Part shown: one piece after another, positions 28,362 through 37,421 of the stretch
Layout: every line of letters starts with the position of its first letter
Position numbering within the stretch: position 1 is the stretch's first letter
Program-made: the position numbers and the translations under genes
Origin: a phage
DNA length: 64,000 nt
Sequence record: OZ346158.1
Reading direction: 5' to 3' (one strand)
Notes under the pieces: generated by a model
What the model was told of the DNA's origin: nothing
The model's database searches: none
Seen by the model: only the letters and a program-made list of their open reading frames with translations

Positions 28362-28895
28362 CTACAAATGGTCGCTGAGGGTGTCAAGAAAATTATCCCG
28401 TTCTTTCTCAGAGTTTTCATGTGTGTAGCTGAAAAACATATCGAGAATAACCTTATTGATATATTCCAGCTCCTCTGTGTTCAGATGCTTAGCAGGATCT
28501 ACAATGACATCCCAAATATCATACAGACCACACTCATGATACCCATAACGCCACTCAATTGTCAAGCTGAGCGGCAAATCTTTACCTTCACAAACAACCT
28601 TCCATCTACATATGTTGGTATCTGGTCGTACCTGTGCACGGTACACCTGCACAAAATCCAATTTGAATTTGAGGTACTCGTCATACAATTTAAGCACAAA
28701 GCTCTCGATTTGTGGAGACACTTTTGCAGCAAACTGTGCGTATTTGTACTTGCACTGGATGATCTTTCTGCGTTTTGCAGTTAAATTTTTTGCCGCCAGT
28801 TGTTCTTCAGTGTATCTCCACCTACGATCAACAAACGCAACAGGGTCTTTGTCCCCATAGAGGTCTTCCCAGTTAATCAGAAGCATACCTGTCAC
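28362..28895 (-). CDS. hypothetical protein
   Basis: ORF. Confidence 0.5.
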   Translation of the reverse strand: MTGMLLINWEDLYGDKDPVAFVDRRWRYTEEQLAAKNLTAKRRKIIQCKYKYAQFAAKVSPQIESFVLKLYDEYLKFKLDFVQVYRAQVRPDTNICRWKVVCEGKDLPLSLTIEWRYGYHECGLYDIWDVIVDPAKHLNTEELEYINKVILDMFFSYTHENSEKERDNFLDTLSDHL

Positions 28896-29125
28896 TCCTC
28901 CACAACTTCAAGGCCTTTACCGCCTCGCTCTGGCAGATTACTTAAAGATAGGTAATACATATAATCAGGAGAGATCCTGCCAGACTCTGCACCTGCAGCT
29001 AGTAAATCCTTCCCTTTAACCAGGACAACATTCTCGTTTGCAGATAGCCGTTTTGCTTCCACAATTTTACCAACACAGTCAACCAAGGAAGGGTACCCTA
29101 AATCTGTAAGAAATTTAACTTTCAT
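28892..29125 (-). CDS. small protein, MKVK-LD/LIAAGA paralog family
   Basis: MKVKFLTDLGY...GKDLLAAGA...EVVEE. Confidence 0.55.
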   Translation of the reverse strand: MKVKFLTDLGYPSLVDCVGKIVEAKRLSANENVVLVKGKDLLAAGAESGRISPDYMYYLSLSNLPERGGKGLEVVEE

Positions 29126-29162
29126 GCTACCTCCTACCTACCGTCCCTGGTAAGATAAATTA

Positions 29163-29561
29163 TTACTGAACAGAGCGCGGTGCTGGGAAGGATAACTCTT
29201 CTAAAGAGAAGATTTCATTTCCTACCACCCAAGTTGCTGGGTCATCTGGATCAACAGGTTGGATAATCATTACCTCATCCGCCTCGCACACACGTTTCCC
29301 ACCCATAGTAGCGTCAGCCACTAACATACGCGGCTCTTCAGAAATGCACAGGTAGCCACCTCGGCCCACTGTTCCTTCCACGGGATCCTGCCCTTTGACC
29401 ACAATGAATACCTTCTCTCCTGTGGAGATATTACTTTTCACACTAACAGTTTGACCAACTTTAGATGTACCGATCTTGGTGGCTTCAAACATTAAATCCC
29501 GAATTACTGTTGCATAGTTGCCGGACACTTTCTTACCTTCTTTAGTAATCTCAATCTTCAT
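29163..29561 (-). CDS. hypothetical protein
   Basis: ORF. Confidence 0.5.
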   Translation of the reverse strand: MKIEITKEGKKVSGNYATVIRDLMFEATKIGTSKVGQTVSVKSNISTGEKVFIVVKGQDPVEGTVGRGGYLCISEEPRMLVADATMGGKRVCEADEVMIIQPVDPDDPATWVVGNEIFSLEELSFPAPRSVQ

Positions 29562-29833
29562 AATCTAGGCTCCTTAAATGAATCTATGTAATCAATTAAA
29601 TCCCAAGCATCGCGATGGGCTGTCAGAGGGTATACTTCTCCGAGAGGGATCATAGCAATAAGTCTATCAAAAACCCAGTCTGGACGCAACATTTTATGGT
29701 GATATTCCCACTCACCTTCCACAGATTTTTTCTGAGTGATCAGGATCTCTGTGTAGTGTTTCGCCTGTCTTGAGTAGATTGAAAATGACTTGTACATAAA
29801 TGACCCCCTCTTGTTGAAAACAACAATACACAA
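29558..29833 (-). CDS. hypothetical protein
   Basis: ORF. Confidence 0.5.
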   Translation of the reverse strand: MCIVVFNKRGSFMYKSFSIYSRQAKHYTEILITQKKSVEGEWEYHHKMLRPDWVFDRLIAMIPLGEVYPLTAHRDAWDLIDYIDSFKEPRL

Positions 29834-30148
29834 CTACCAGGTTACTGTCAAGTAGGCAACCGTATTATTTTTCTCTGGGGAGATGCCAACAACATCTACC
29901 TGCAGACCTCCTGCCCTTAAATCTCCAACAATGTGCGGGAAGTAATCTGAGAGATGCGAGGGTAGATTTATCGAAAATCCGCACCCCAGAAAGCCTGCTA
30001 ACGCTTTATTTTGTATCTCCCCTACAATCGCATCATAAATGGAGTTAAGCTCGTCAGGGAGCGTTACAGGGCGTTTTAGCGCTAGCTGGTGTAATTTGTC
30101 CTTAGCACTCATTTTCATTTCAGGTCTACCTCTGGGGGTGCCAACCAC
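29834..30148 (-). CDS. hypothetical protein
   Basis: ORF. Confidence 0.5.
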   Translation of the reverse strand: MVGTPRGRPEMKMSAKDKLHQLALKRPVTLPDELNSIYDAIVGEIQNKALAGFLGCGFSINLPSHLSDYFPHIVGDLRAGGLQVDVVGISPEKNNTVAYLTVTW

Positions 30149-30648
30149 ATAAACGGCGGCAAGTCTAAACGGTTTTTCTTATCCCACACAAAATATGCAT
30201 ATGCTTGCCCGTCAGTTCTGCCGTTTGATTGAAATGATGGACGCTTAGATATTGTGATCACAGTAGTAGGTGCATTATCAAGCCACCATTCAAATCTGGC
30301 TTTGCTTTCCAGAAAATTAAGACGCAAAAGCATAATAACTACGTCAGCATCTTTCAACGCCTTGTCTACAAACTCACGAGCCAGGCTGTATGGTGGGTTG
30401 GTGATAATACAGTCAACATGGTTGTATTCTGTATTCAGATAGTCAACACCTTCTTGTATTTCTCCCCATGCAGATCCTAACGGCATACGGGAGTAGAACA
30501 CACCTGAGGCACTATTCCTGCAAGGCTCTAAGTAGGTCCAGTCTTCTGGGAACGGAATAAGGTCATACAGCCCTTCTGCACACCACTCCGGTGTCACATA
30601 CTCATCGTAGGCGTTACGTTGTTCATCAGGTTTTCTAGCACAAGTCAT
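30115..30648 (-). CDS. DNA methyltransferase (N6-adenine/N4-cytosine class, NPPY motif), orphan
   Basis: DCIITNPPYS catalytic motif; no adjacent restriction enzyme. Confidence 0.6.
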   Translation of the reverse strand: MTCARKPDEQRNAYDEYVTPEWCAEGLYDLIPFPEDWTYLEPCRNSASGVFYSRMPLGSAWGEIQEGVDYLNTEYNHVDCIITNPPYSLAREFVDKALKDADVVIMLLRLNFLESKARFEWWLDNAPTTVITISKRPSFQSNGRTDGQAYAYFVWDKKNRLDLPPFMWLAPPEVDLK

Positions 30649-30699
30649 GCAAATCTCCAGATCATAAAAGCCCTCCGAAGAGGGCTTTAGAATTAATGT

Positions 30700-31749
30700 T
30701 TAAGCTTCTTCGACAATTCCTGCACCCAGGATTTTTTCATTGAGCTCTTTTGCTGTTTTAATAATATTGTCCACCAGACGCTTGCGAGTCTTATCTTTCA
30801 CCTTAACCTCTTCACCGCCGTTCAGAGTAGTCTTCAATTGAGACAGAATATCCTGAAGTTCAACGACAGAGAATCTCTGCAGATCTTCTGAAGTAATCTC
30901 ACTCAGGGCAATTCTGACGGTCTCGCCACTTTCCATCTGCAGATTCAGGAACACAGTGTGAACATCACCTTTCGAACCACCCGCTTTTGCAGATTCAACA
31001 GCATGAACTAACTCATCTAAAGATGTGCACTGGTGAATCTCCGGAAGACCTGCTTCACCTAACACGCCTTCTTCATCACCTTTTGCCAGAAGCTTTTTCG
31101 GTTTTTGTCCGTTCTGGATGCGTTGTATGTTGCCTTCATCCAGAATAATAGCTCCAGTGCGTGCTGCCAGCTCTTCTCCGTCCAACCACACTTCGCCACC
31201 AGCTGTGATGGATGCGATCTCATCTTCTGTCAGCACCCCACCGTAGTATTTTTCGATCAGGCGTTCAAAACGTTTTTTCCAGTAGCTGACCTGAGTATTC
31301 ATGTTCACACCGTTACCATAAGTGCCACCTTGATAGTAGTGGAACATAAACTCTGTGTCCGGAGCCACAGTACGTTCTTTACAACCAAGCCATAAGATTG
31401 TTCCAGCAGAGCAGCACATCCCTTCAGCATGTGCAACAACGCTTGCCTGAGACTCTCGGAATGCCTGCAGATAAGCCATTGCAATGTGCACGCAACCCCC
31501 AGGACTATTGATGATCACCCGAATGCTTTCTTCCGGCTGAGCCATACGGATCGTCTGCAGACGAGACATATGATCTTGTAAGTCTTCCAAATCGTCGATA
31601 TAAAGAACGTGGTCAACAACAGGTGTTGGGTAGCTGTATGTTTCCATGATACCGCCCGGCATACCGAACATTTTATTACTCATAGGTTCGAAACCGTTCT
31701 GTTTTTCTTTCATGCCGTGTACCATGGTTCTGCGAGGTGTTAAATTCAT
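30700..31749 (-). CDS. ClpP-like serine protease (S14 family) with C-terminal extension
   Basis: INSPGG...GMCCSAGTILWLG active-site serine context; about 130 aa extra C-terminal region; terminator hairpin 30661-30700. Confidence 0.65.
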   Translation of the reverse strand: MNLTPRRTMVHGMKEKQNGFEPMSNKMFGMPGGIMETYSYPTPVVDHVLYIDDLEDLQDHMSRLQTIRMAQPEESIRVIINSPGGCVHIAMAYLQAFRESQASVVAHAEGMCCSAGTILWLGCKERTVAPDTEFMFHYYQGGTYGNGVNMNTQVSYWKKRFERLIEKYYGGVLTEDEIASITAGGEVWLDGEELAARTGAIILDEGNIQRIQNGQKPKKLLAKGDEEGVLGEAGLPEIHQCTSLDELVHAVESAKAGGSKGDVHTVFLNLQMESGETVRIALSEITSEDLQRFSVVELQDILSQLKTTLNGGEEVKVKDKTRKRLVDNIIKTAKELNEKILGAGIVEEA

Positions 31750-31809
31750 GAGAAATCCTTAATATTGGAAGTTGAAAGCTATTTATTTAAACCTGATTCA
31801 CATTTACCT

Positions 31810-32121
31810 TTATTTAGCAATCACTATGGAATACTTACGATTGTCAGAAGCATCACAACTCAATGATTGCCAGTCTACCACATACCACGTATCATTGTCA
31901 ACAATTACTTTATCGCCTGTTCTGTAGCAAGTGCTGCTTTCAATAATTCGAGACTCGATAAAGAATCTGTGTCGGCGCTCACGTAGCAACGCTAAGTTAA
32001 TTATATTACCACCGCTGTCCTTGGTCCACACATTCTTGGATCCCTTATTTGCCAAAATTGTCTCGCCGTTATAGACAAACAGGCAGTATATTTTATTCAG
32101 TTTCTCTTGTATTGTAGCCAT
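31810..32121 (-). CDS. hypothetical protein
   Basis: ORF. Confidence 0.5.
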   Translation of the reverse strand: MATIQEKLNKIYCLFVYNGETILANKGSKNVWTKDSGGNIINLALLRERRHRFFIESRIIESSTCYRTGDKVIVDNDTWYVVDWQSLSCDASDNRKYSIVIAK

Positions 32122-32222
32122 ACTGTCCTTCTCTCTGTTTTGTCCGATAATAATATCTAAAGCTTACCTATTTGTCAACAACTGTTTTAGATATTTAAGG
32201 GTGGAATAACCACCCTTCTGTA

Positions 32223-33011
32223 TTACTCGGAAACAGGGGTCCAAATATGATTTGCACGATCCTCAATAAGATTGAGTGCGATCTGACGACCCAACCCAGA
32301 ACGAACGACATCGTCTGGACTATCAAAGCTGATCATTCCAACCTCAGGATCTGGATGACGAGTAAAGAAATCCGTCACCCATGCAAGGCCAGATTTACCA
32401 GGGATGTCACGTTGGCTATTATCACCCATAATTACAAGGGTGGCTTGATCAGAGATCCTTGTGATAATTGACAACATTTCTTCAGGGTTAGTTTGCTGTG
32501 CCTCGTCAATCAGGACAAAGCATCGCTCATCGAAACTACGACCACGAATGCTTTCAACTTCACAAATCTCGATACGGCTGTTCTGACCGTCTCCCAGCAT
32601 TGCGGCAAAAGCACCTTTGCCAACACGACGACAAATCGTGTCCATCATGCTTCGAAGATAGGGCCACAGTTTCTGCATTGCATTTCCAGGTTTAAATCCT
32701 GAAGTCTTTCCTGTCTGAACGTAAGGACGTGCAACAATAATCTTATCAATCTCGTTCTTACGCAGAAGATCACCTGCATATGCAGATGCCATGAATGTCT
32801 TACCGGATCCAAACACACCGTTTACAATAATAATCTTACGTGACCCTAGATAATCAAGATACTTTTGCTGCTTCTTATTCATTGGTCGGAGAGCTGGAGC
32901 GGTGTGCTCTCTTTCGTCAGCAAATTTCTCAGCAGCCTTACGCAGGCGATCAGATTTGCGAGCCTCTCTAGCTTCATCACGCATGCGTTTTGTTTCTTTA
33001 GCTCGACCCAT
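32223..33011 (-). CDS. phoH: PhoH-like ATPase
   Basis: Walker A GVFGSGKTFMA, Walker B-like VLIDEAQ, PhoH architecture. Confidence 0.85.
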   Translation of the reverse strand: MGRAKETKRMRDEAREARKSDRLRKAAEKFADEREHTAPALRPMNKKQQKYLDYLGSRKIIIVNGVFGSGKTFMASAYAGDLLRKNEIDKIIVARPYVQTGKTSGFKPGNAMQKLWPYLRSMMDTICRRVGKGAFAAMLGDGQNSRIEICEVESIRGRSFDERCFVLIDEAQQTNPEEMLSIITRISDQATLVIMGDNSQRDIPGKSGLAWVTDFFTRHPDPEVGMISFDSPDDVVRSGLGRQIALNLIEDRANHIWTPVSE

Positions 33012-33049
33012 GTTGGGACTCCTTTCAGATTGAGATGTGCCAAGTACTT

Positions 33050-33400
33050 TTACTGCAACAGTTTTTCAATAGCCGCTTCCATGCTGCTTGCAACAGCCTG
33101 AACTCGGATATTCATCTCTTCTTGGTGGATCAGCTCCTTAAGCTCTTTAATGGTAAATTCTTTAGAGAAACCTTCCACCATAATCTTGTGCAAGGCTTCT
33201 TGCGTGTCTACTTGCAAGAACTTTTCCAGTTTGTTGGCAGAGGCTTCTAAATCAGCCCGAATACGAGGGTCATCTGTGCGATTCAGCATTAGGCGTAAGC
33301 CATCAAGATTAGTAGAAATAGCATCTGCATGTTGAGTAACTAACCGTGGCAAAATGAGATCTACAAACTTATTAGCCAAATCGATACGTTCTTGTGTCAC
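33050..33400 (-). CDS. hypothetical protein
   Basis: ORF. Confidence 0.5.
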   Translation of the reverse strand: MTQERIDLANKFVDLILPRLVTQHADAISTNLDGLRLMLNRTDDPRIRADLEASANKLEKFLQVDTQEALHKIMVEGFSKEFTIKELKELIHQEEMNIRVQAVASSMEAAIEKLLQ

Positions 33401-33572
33401 TGTTGCACCCCCTCTTCATCTTCATGATGTTTCTTTTCACGCTTGTGTTTTTTCTTAAGCTCAAGCGCAATCTCTTTCTTGTACGCCTTCTTCAAGGCTT
33501 TTTTAGCCATTTGGCACCTCCTCTGCTTTCATTACGGCAATTATAACCAACTCAACAAAGCTTTGTCAACAA

Positions 33573-34046
33573 CTAGTCTACCTGAACCCAACCGCCTGAT
33601 ACTTTTTTAAACATTCTTTGGTTATCACTGCCTCGGAACGGTTTCTTGGTTGGTAAATCTTTTACATACTTACCGTCAATGATGATATCAGCCAGTTTAA
33701 GAACATCACTAGAGATATGGTCAAATGTGAACCCAGTATATACAAGAATAGTTTTCTTGTCACCAAATTTTTCCTTAATTTTCTCCATCAGGCTAATAAT
33801 ATCTGGCTCATTATAGTATGCTAAGGGTTCTCCACCCAGCAGAGAGATACCGCACACAGACGGGTTATCTAAATCTGACAAGATTTTTTGCAAGTCTTCT
33901 TCAGTGAACTCCCTCCCCTTATCTTTTGACCAAAATGCCTGATTAAAGCAACCAGGGCAAGCGTGTGGGCACCCAGATACCCACAAGGCAGTTCTAATAC
34001 CTGGTCCTTCGGTGTAAGATATTTCTGTGTATCCAGCAATGTTCAT
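33573..34046 (-). CDS. nrdG: anaerobic ribonucleotide reductase activating protein (radical SAM)
   Basis: CPHACPGC radical-SAM CxxxCxxC cluster; adjacent to nrdD. Confidence 0.85.
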   Translation of the reverse strand: MNIAGYTEISYTEGPGIRTALWVSGCPHACPGCFNQAFWSKDKGREFTEEDLQKILSDLDNPSVCGISLLGGEPLAYYNEPDIISLMEKIKEKFGDKKTILVYTGFTFDHISSDVLKLADIIIDGKYVKDLPTKKPFRGSDNQRMFKKVSGGWVQVD

Positions 34047-34159
34047 AGATACTCCGCATCACATTTAGGGCAATGCCAAATAAAATCGTCTAGTGCCTTG
34101 CACCAACGAAGATTACAACTACAGCCGCACTTGCAAATTTTATAAATACCTGATGACAT
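34043..34159 (-). CDS. small Cys-rich (zinc-ribbon-like) protein, 38 aa
   Basis: Hand translation MSSGIYKICKCGCSCNLRWCKALDDFIWHCPKCDAEYL between nrdD and nrdG; not in ORF track (under 60 aa). Confidence 0.3.
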   Translation of the reverse strand: MSSGIYKICKCGCSCNLRWCKALDDFIWHCPKCDAEYL

Positions 34160-34222
34160 ACTGCACCTCCTAGCTCACTGTGTGTCAATAATATGCCACA
34201 TCCTTGTGGCTTTTGTCAAGAA

Positions 34223-35467
34223 TCAGCAACCACAACTTCCGTAGTGCTTAACTCGCTCGATAACTTCCGCTTGCTTACCTTTATTGTAAGGACGGGAGTT
34301 AGGACTGGAAAGGTATCCAGACACACGTCGAATTACACTGATCGTTCCCTCTTCATGGTTTCCACACTCTGGGCATACAAAGCCTTTAGCTGTTGCACTG
34401 AACTCACCAGAGAAACCACACTTGAGACATTTATCCACAGGTTGGTTAATACCAAAATACATAATGTGTTTATACCCGAAGTCAACAAGAGCCTCTAAAG
34501 CATCCAGGTTGTTTTTCAGGTTAGGTGTTTCTACGTATCCGATGTTGCCACCAGAGGAGATCATAGCAAAACCTTCCTCATACTCCCACTTATCAAAAGG
34601 AGAGCTATTTATCCATACTGGCTGATGGAAACTGTTGGTGAGATATTCATGCTCGTGCTTCAACACTTCCGGATATTCACGATCCAGACAGGTTGCAGCT
34701 TTATAGCATAGACTCTCAGAAGGAGTGCCGTACAAGCTAAATGCTAGTCTACTTTCCTTCTTGTATCGCTCACAAGCATCTCTCATGTGCTGAAGGATTC
34801 CAAGAGCTAAAGCCTTGTCACCCTCTCTGCCCAAAATCTGACAGGTTTCATACACACCGATATACCCAATACTGATGGAAGCGTACCCGTCATAGAAGAG
34901 TTTATCAATACTCTCTTCAGGATCCAGGCGAGCAAGAGCGCCTTCACACCACATGATGGGGTTCTGCCCTGCCTTTGTTCCTTTTAGACGATTAACCCTT
35001 ACAAGGTGAGCCTCGTATGCAAGATCCAAGTATTCGTCAAGAACTGCAAAGAAATCAACACCTTCCGTCTTGGCTTTTGCCGCAATCATTGGCAGGTTAA
35101 GGCTAACAACGCCTAAGTTAAATCTGCCAAGGTATTTCTCCTCGCCTGTTTCCAAGTCATTGTATTTGCTAAGAAAACTCCTGCAACCCATGCTAGTTAC
35201 TTTGCCATCTGTCGAGCCTGTCACTTTTCTATTTAGTGGTACAGATACGAAGTCAGGATAGATACGTTCTGCACAGCATTCCAGAGCTAATCGTTTCAAA
35301 TCATAGTTAGGATCCCCAGGGTTCATGTTGACACCCTCTTCCAGGAAGAACAGCACTTTAGGGAACACAGGTGTGATACGTTCTTCACCAAGACCCATTT
35401 TGTGGACTTTCAGGTAGTTTTTGGTAATCATTCTACCAAAGACCGAGGTATCCAGTCCTAAACTCAA
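34223..35467 (-). CDS. nrdD: anaerobic ribonucleoside-triphosphate reductase, C-terminal exon
   Basis: C-terminal CxxC...CPECG zinc site and glycyl-radical motif RRVSGYL; exact 5' exon boundary not determined. Confidence 0.8.
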   Translation of the reverse strand: MSLGLDTSVFGRMITKNYLKVHKMGLGEERITPVFPKVLFFLEEGVNMNPGDPNYDLKRLALECCAERIYPDFVSVPLNRKVTGSTDGKVTSMGCRSFLSKYNDLETGEEKYLGRFNLGVVSLNLPMIAAKAKTEGVDFFAVLDEYLDLAYEAHLVRVNRLKGTKAGQNPIMWCEGALARLDPEESIDKLFYDGYASISIGYIGVYETCQILGREGDKALALGILQHMRDACERYKKESRLAFSLYGTPSESLCYKAATCLDREYPEVLKHEHEYLTNSFHQPVWINSSPFDKWEYEEGFAMISSGGNIGYVETPNLKNNLDALEALVDFGYKHIMYFGINQPVDKCLKCGFSGEFSATAKGFVCPECGNHEEGTISVIRRVSGYLSSPNSRPYNKGKQAEVIERVKHYGSCGC

Positions 35468-36282
35468 TGTGATGAATGGAGTCTGCTGTCTCCTCCCTGT
35501 GTTTCCACAGGGCCAGACTATCTCTTACTCTACTTCAATAAGATAATAACCCTTTATTGTGAGATGCTTACCTTCGGCATTTCCTTCGATAGCCCTATGA
35601 ACGTTACCTACGTTCAAATTTAAGGCTTTTGCACAGGCATAGAGTGAAGGATATTCACCAACCAAGGTTTTACCTTTGTATGCCTGCACTTTCCTATAGC
35701 ACTTACCTGGACAAAGTCCTGTTCGGAAAGCATGTCTCTTATTATCTTCCGGCAAAACCCACTCTAGGTTAGACGGATGATCATTCAATGTATTGCCATC
35801 TTTATGATTCACTTCCCAGTTTTCAGGGTCTACTGGGACATCTGGCAAACAATACAAGGCAACAACCCTTGAGGTTTGGATTCGAATCTTTTTGCCTTTG
35901 TGGTTGAAAGAGTACATATAACGGCGTTTAACATGCTTGTTACCTTTTCCATAACCTCCCCACAATATTGGGTGTAGCATTCCACGTTTTCCGTATACGT
36001 TTCCAACCTCATCAATCACATAGTTTGATTCTTCACCATTAAGAATGATCTTTTTCATAGAGCCTCTCCATTTCGAAGTTAGTATTTCAACTAACCCCTA
36101 CACTACTTGGTTCAGAAATGTTTGTCAAGCATCTCTGCCTTTCGTTAGTCGTTACAACCGTTCCAACTCCTGTAAGAACTAGTCACGGGATTGGCATAGC
36201 TTTCGCCTTAGCGTTCCCCGTTAGCCGGATTTACCGACCCCTCTTATGAGGTTAGGAGAGTTTTACAACGGCCAGTTTGTTA
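35468..36282 (-). mobile_element. Group I intron in nrdD (approximate bounds) carrying HNH endonuclease
   Basis: nrdD split into N- and C-terminal ORFs flanking an HNH ORF; S-like element agatagtctgg on - strand near 35480. Confidence 0.65.
35525..36058 (-). CDS. HNH homing endonuclease, intron-encoded
   Basis: NWEVNHKDGNTLNDHPSNLEWV HNH core. Confidence 0.85.
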   Translation of the reverse strand: MKKIILNGEESNYVIDEVGNVYGKRGMLHPILWGGYGKGNKHVKRRYMYSFNHKGKKIRIQTSRVVALYCLPDVPVDPENWEVNHKDGNTLNDHPSNLEWVLPEDNKRHAFRTGLCPGKCYRKVQAYKGKTLVGEYPSLYACAKALNLNVGNVHRAIEGNAEGKHLTIKGYYLIEVE

Positions 36283-37143
36283 ACCGTTGACAGAAGTTAA
36301 CGTATTGATTTGATAGAGCAAAGTCTGCATGCTGTCAAATACGTCTTTATCTGTCATTTGCATTGCAACAGTCTCAGCATCTGGCAACCAATGTTCCTGG
36401 CAAAATTTAAGGTTCTTCTCATAGGTCGCTTCAGCATACTGTGCCAGATAATGATCAATATGGCTCATAGTCTGACCACCATATTGAGCACTAGCTACCG
36501 CACTAGAGATTTGGCTAAGGATTGTTGTTGCAACCCCTATTGACTTCGGCTTACTGACATGGGCGTTACCAATGTTGAATCCGTTTTCCAACATATCTGG
36601 ATAATTTACCAAACAACAGTTTGTTAACGGACTGATCAAGTAGTCAAGATCATGCACATGGATGAATCCTTTATTGTGCTCTTCGGAGACACGGTCTGGC
36701 AGGATCTGTGTTGATGCAAGGTGTTTGCTAAGAATACCTGCAAGCAGGTCGCGATGAGTGTGTACATGATTAGTAGGCTTATTTGCGTTTTCTTTTGTAA
36801 ATTCATCACAAGTTCGATCCAAGAAGCCACTAATATCTGCAAGCAGTTTTCCACCTGCCTCTCTGTTATTATCTCTTGTCTGTCTATACTGGATGTATTC
36901 TCTGGCTGCACATTTTAAACCCATATCCATAAGAGCATCTTCAACAAGGATATGGATATTTTTTACAGAGATCGTGCACTGGTCGGTTGGTAGATTGTTA
37001 GCAACAACTTCATTAACCGCGCAGGCGATCCGGTAAGCTTCTTCTTCAGTATGTCCAGACTCAAGTAAGGCGGACTCTGCCGCCTTGATCACCTTAATTC
37101 CGTTATAGAACTCTTCTCTACCGTCCCGTTTTACAACTTTCAC
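36280..37143 (-). CDS. nrdD: anaerobic ribonucleoside-triphosphate reductase, N-terminal exon (ATP cone)
   Basis: ATP-cone start MKVVKRDGREEFYNGIKVIKA; ORF terminates at intron border. Confidence 0.8.
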   Translation of the reverse strand: MKVVKRDGREEFYNGIKVIKAAESALLESGHTEEEAYRIACAVNEVVANNLPTDQCTISVKNIHILVEDALMDMGLKCAAREYIQYRQTRDNNREAGGKLLADISGFLDRTCDEFTKENANKPTNHVHTHRDLLAGILSKHLASTQILPDRVSEEHNKGFIHVHDLDYLISPLTNCCLVNYPDMLENGFNIGNAHVSKPKSIGVATTILSQISSAVASAQYGGQTMSHIDHYLAQYAEATYEKNLKFCQEHWLPDAETVAMQMTDKDVFDSMQTLLYQINTLTSVNG

Positions 37144-37418
37144 TTTTTCTCTCCAAAACCATTCTTAACAAAAGAGATGAAATCGTCGGCACCGCCTATA
37201 TGGACACTGTCAAGATCGCTTTCTAAGAAGATCTGCGGCAACGTTCTGGGGACAATTGGACTGCACTTCTCAATAAGCTCTTCTTTTGTGTAGCCCTCGC
37301 CAAGTGTCTTATATACAAAAGGCAGACCTTTGCTGATTGCAAATTCTTTTGCTCTGACACAATGTGGGCAGTTATCCTTACCGTAAATGATGATGAAAAA
37401 AGATTTTTCGCAGCTCAT
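37140..37418 (-). CDS. glutaredoxin
   Basis: CPHC active site, TLPQIF and GGADDF motifs. Confidence 0.8.
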   Translation of the reverse strand: MSCEKSFFIIIYGKDNCPHCVRAKEFAISKGLPFVYKTLGEGYTKEELIEKCSPIVPRTLPQIFLESDLDSVHIGGADDFISFVKNGFGEKK

Positions 37419-37421
37419 ATA

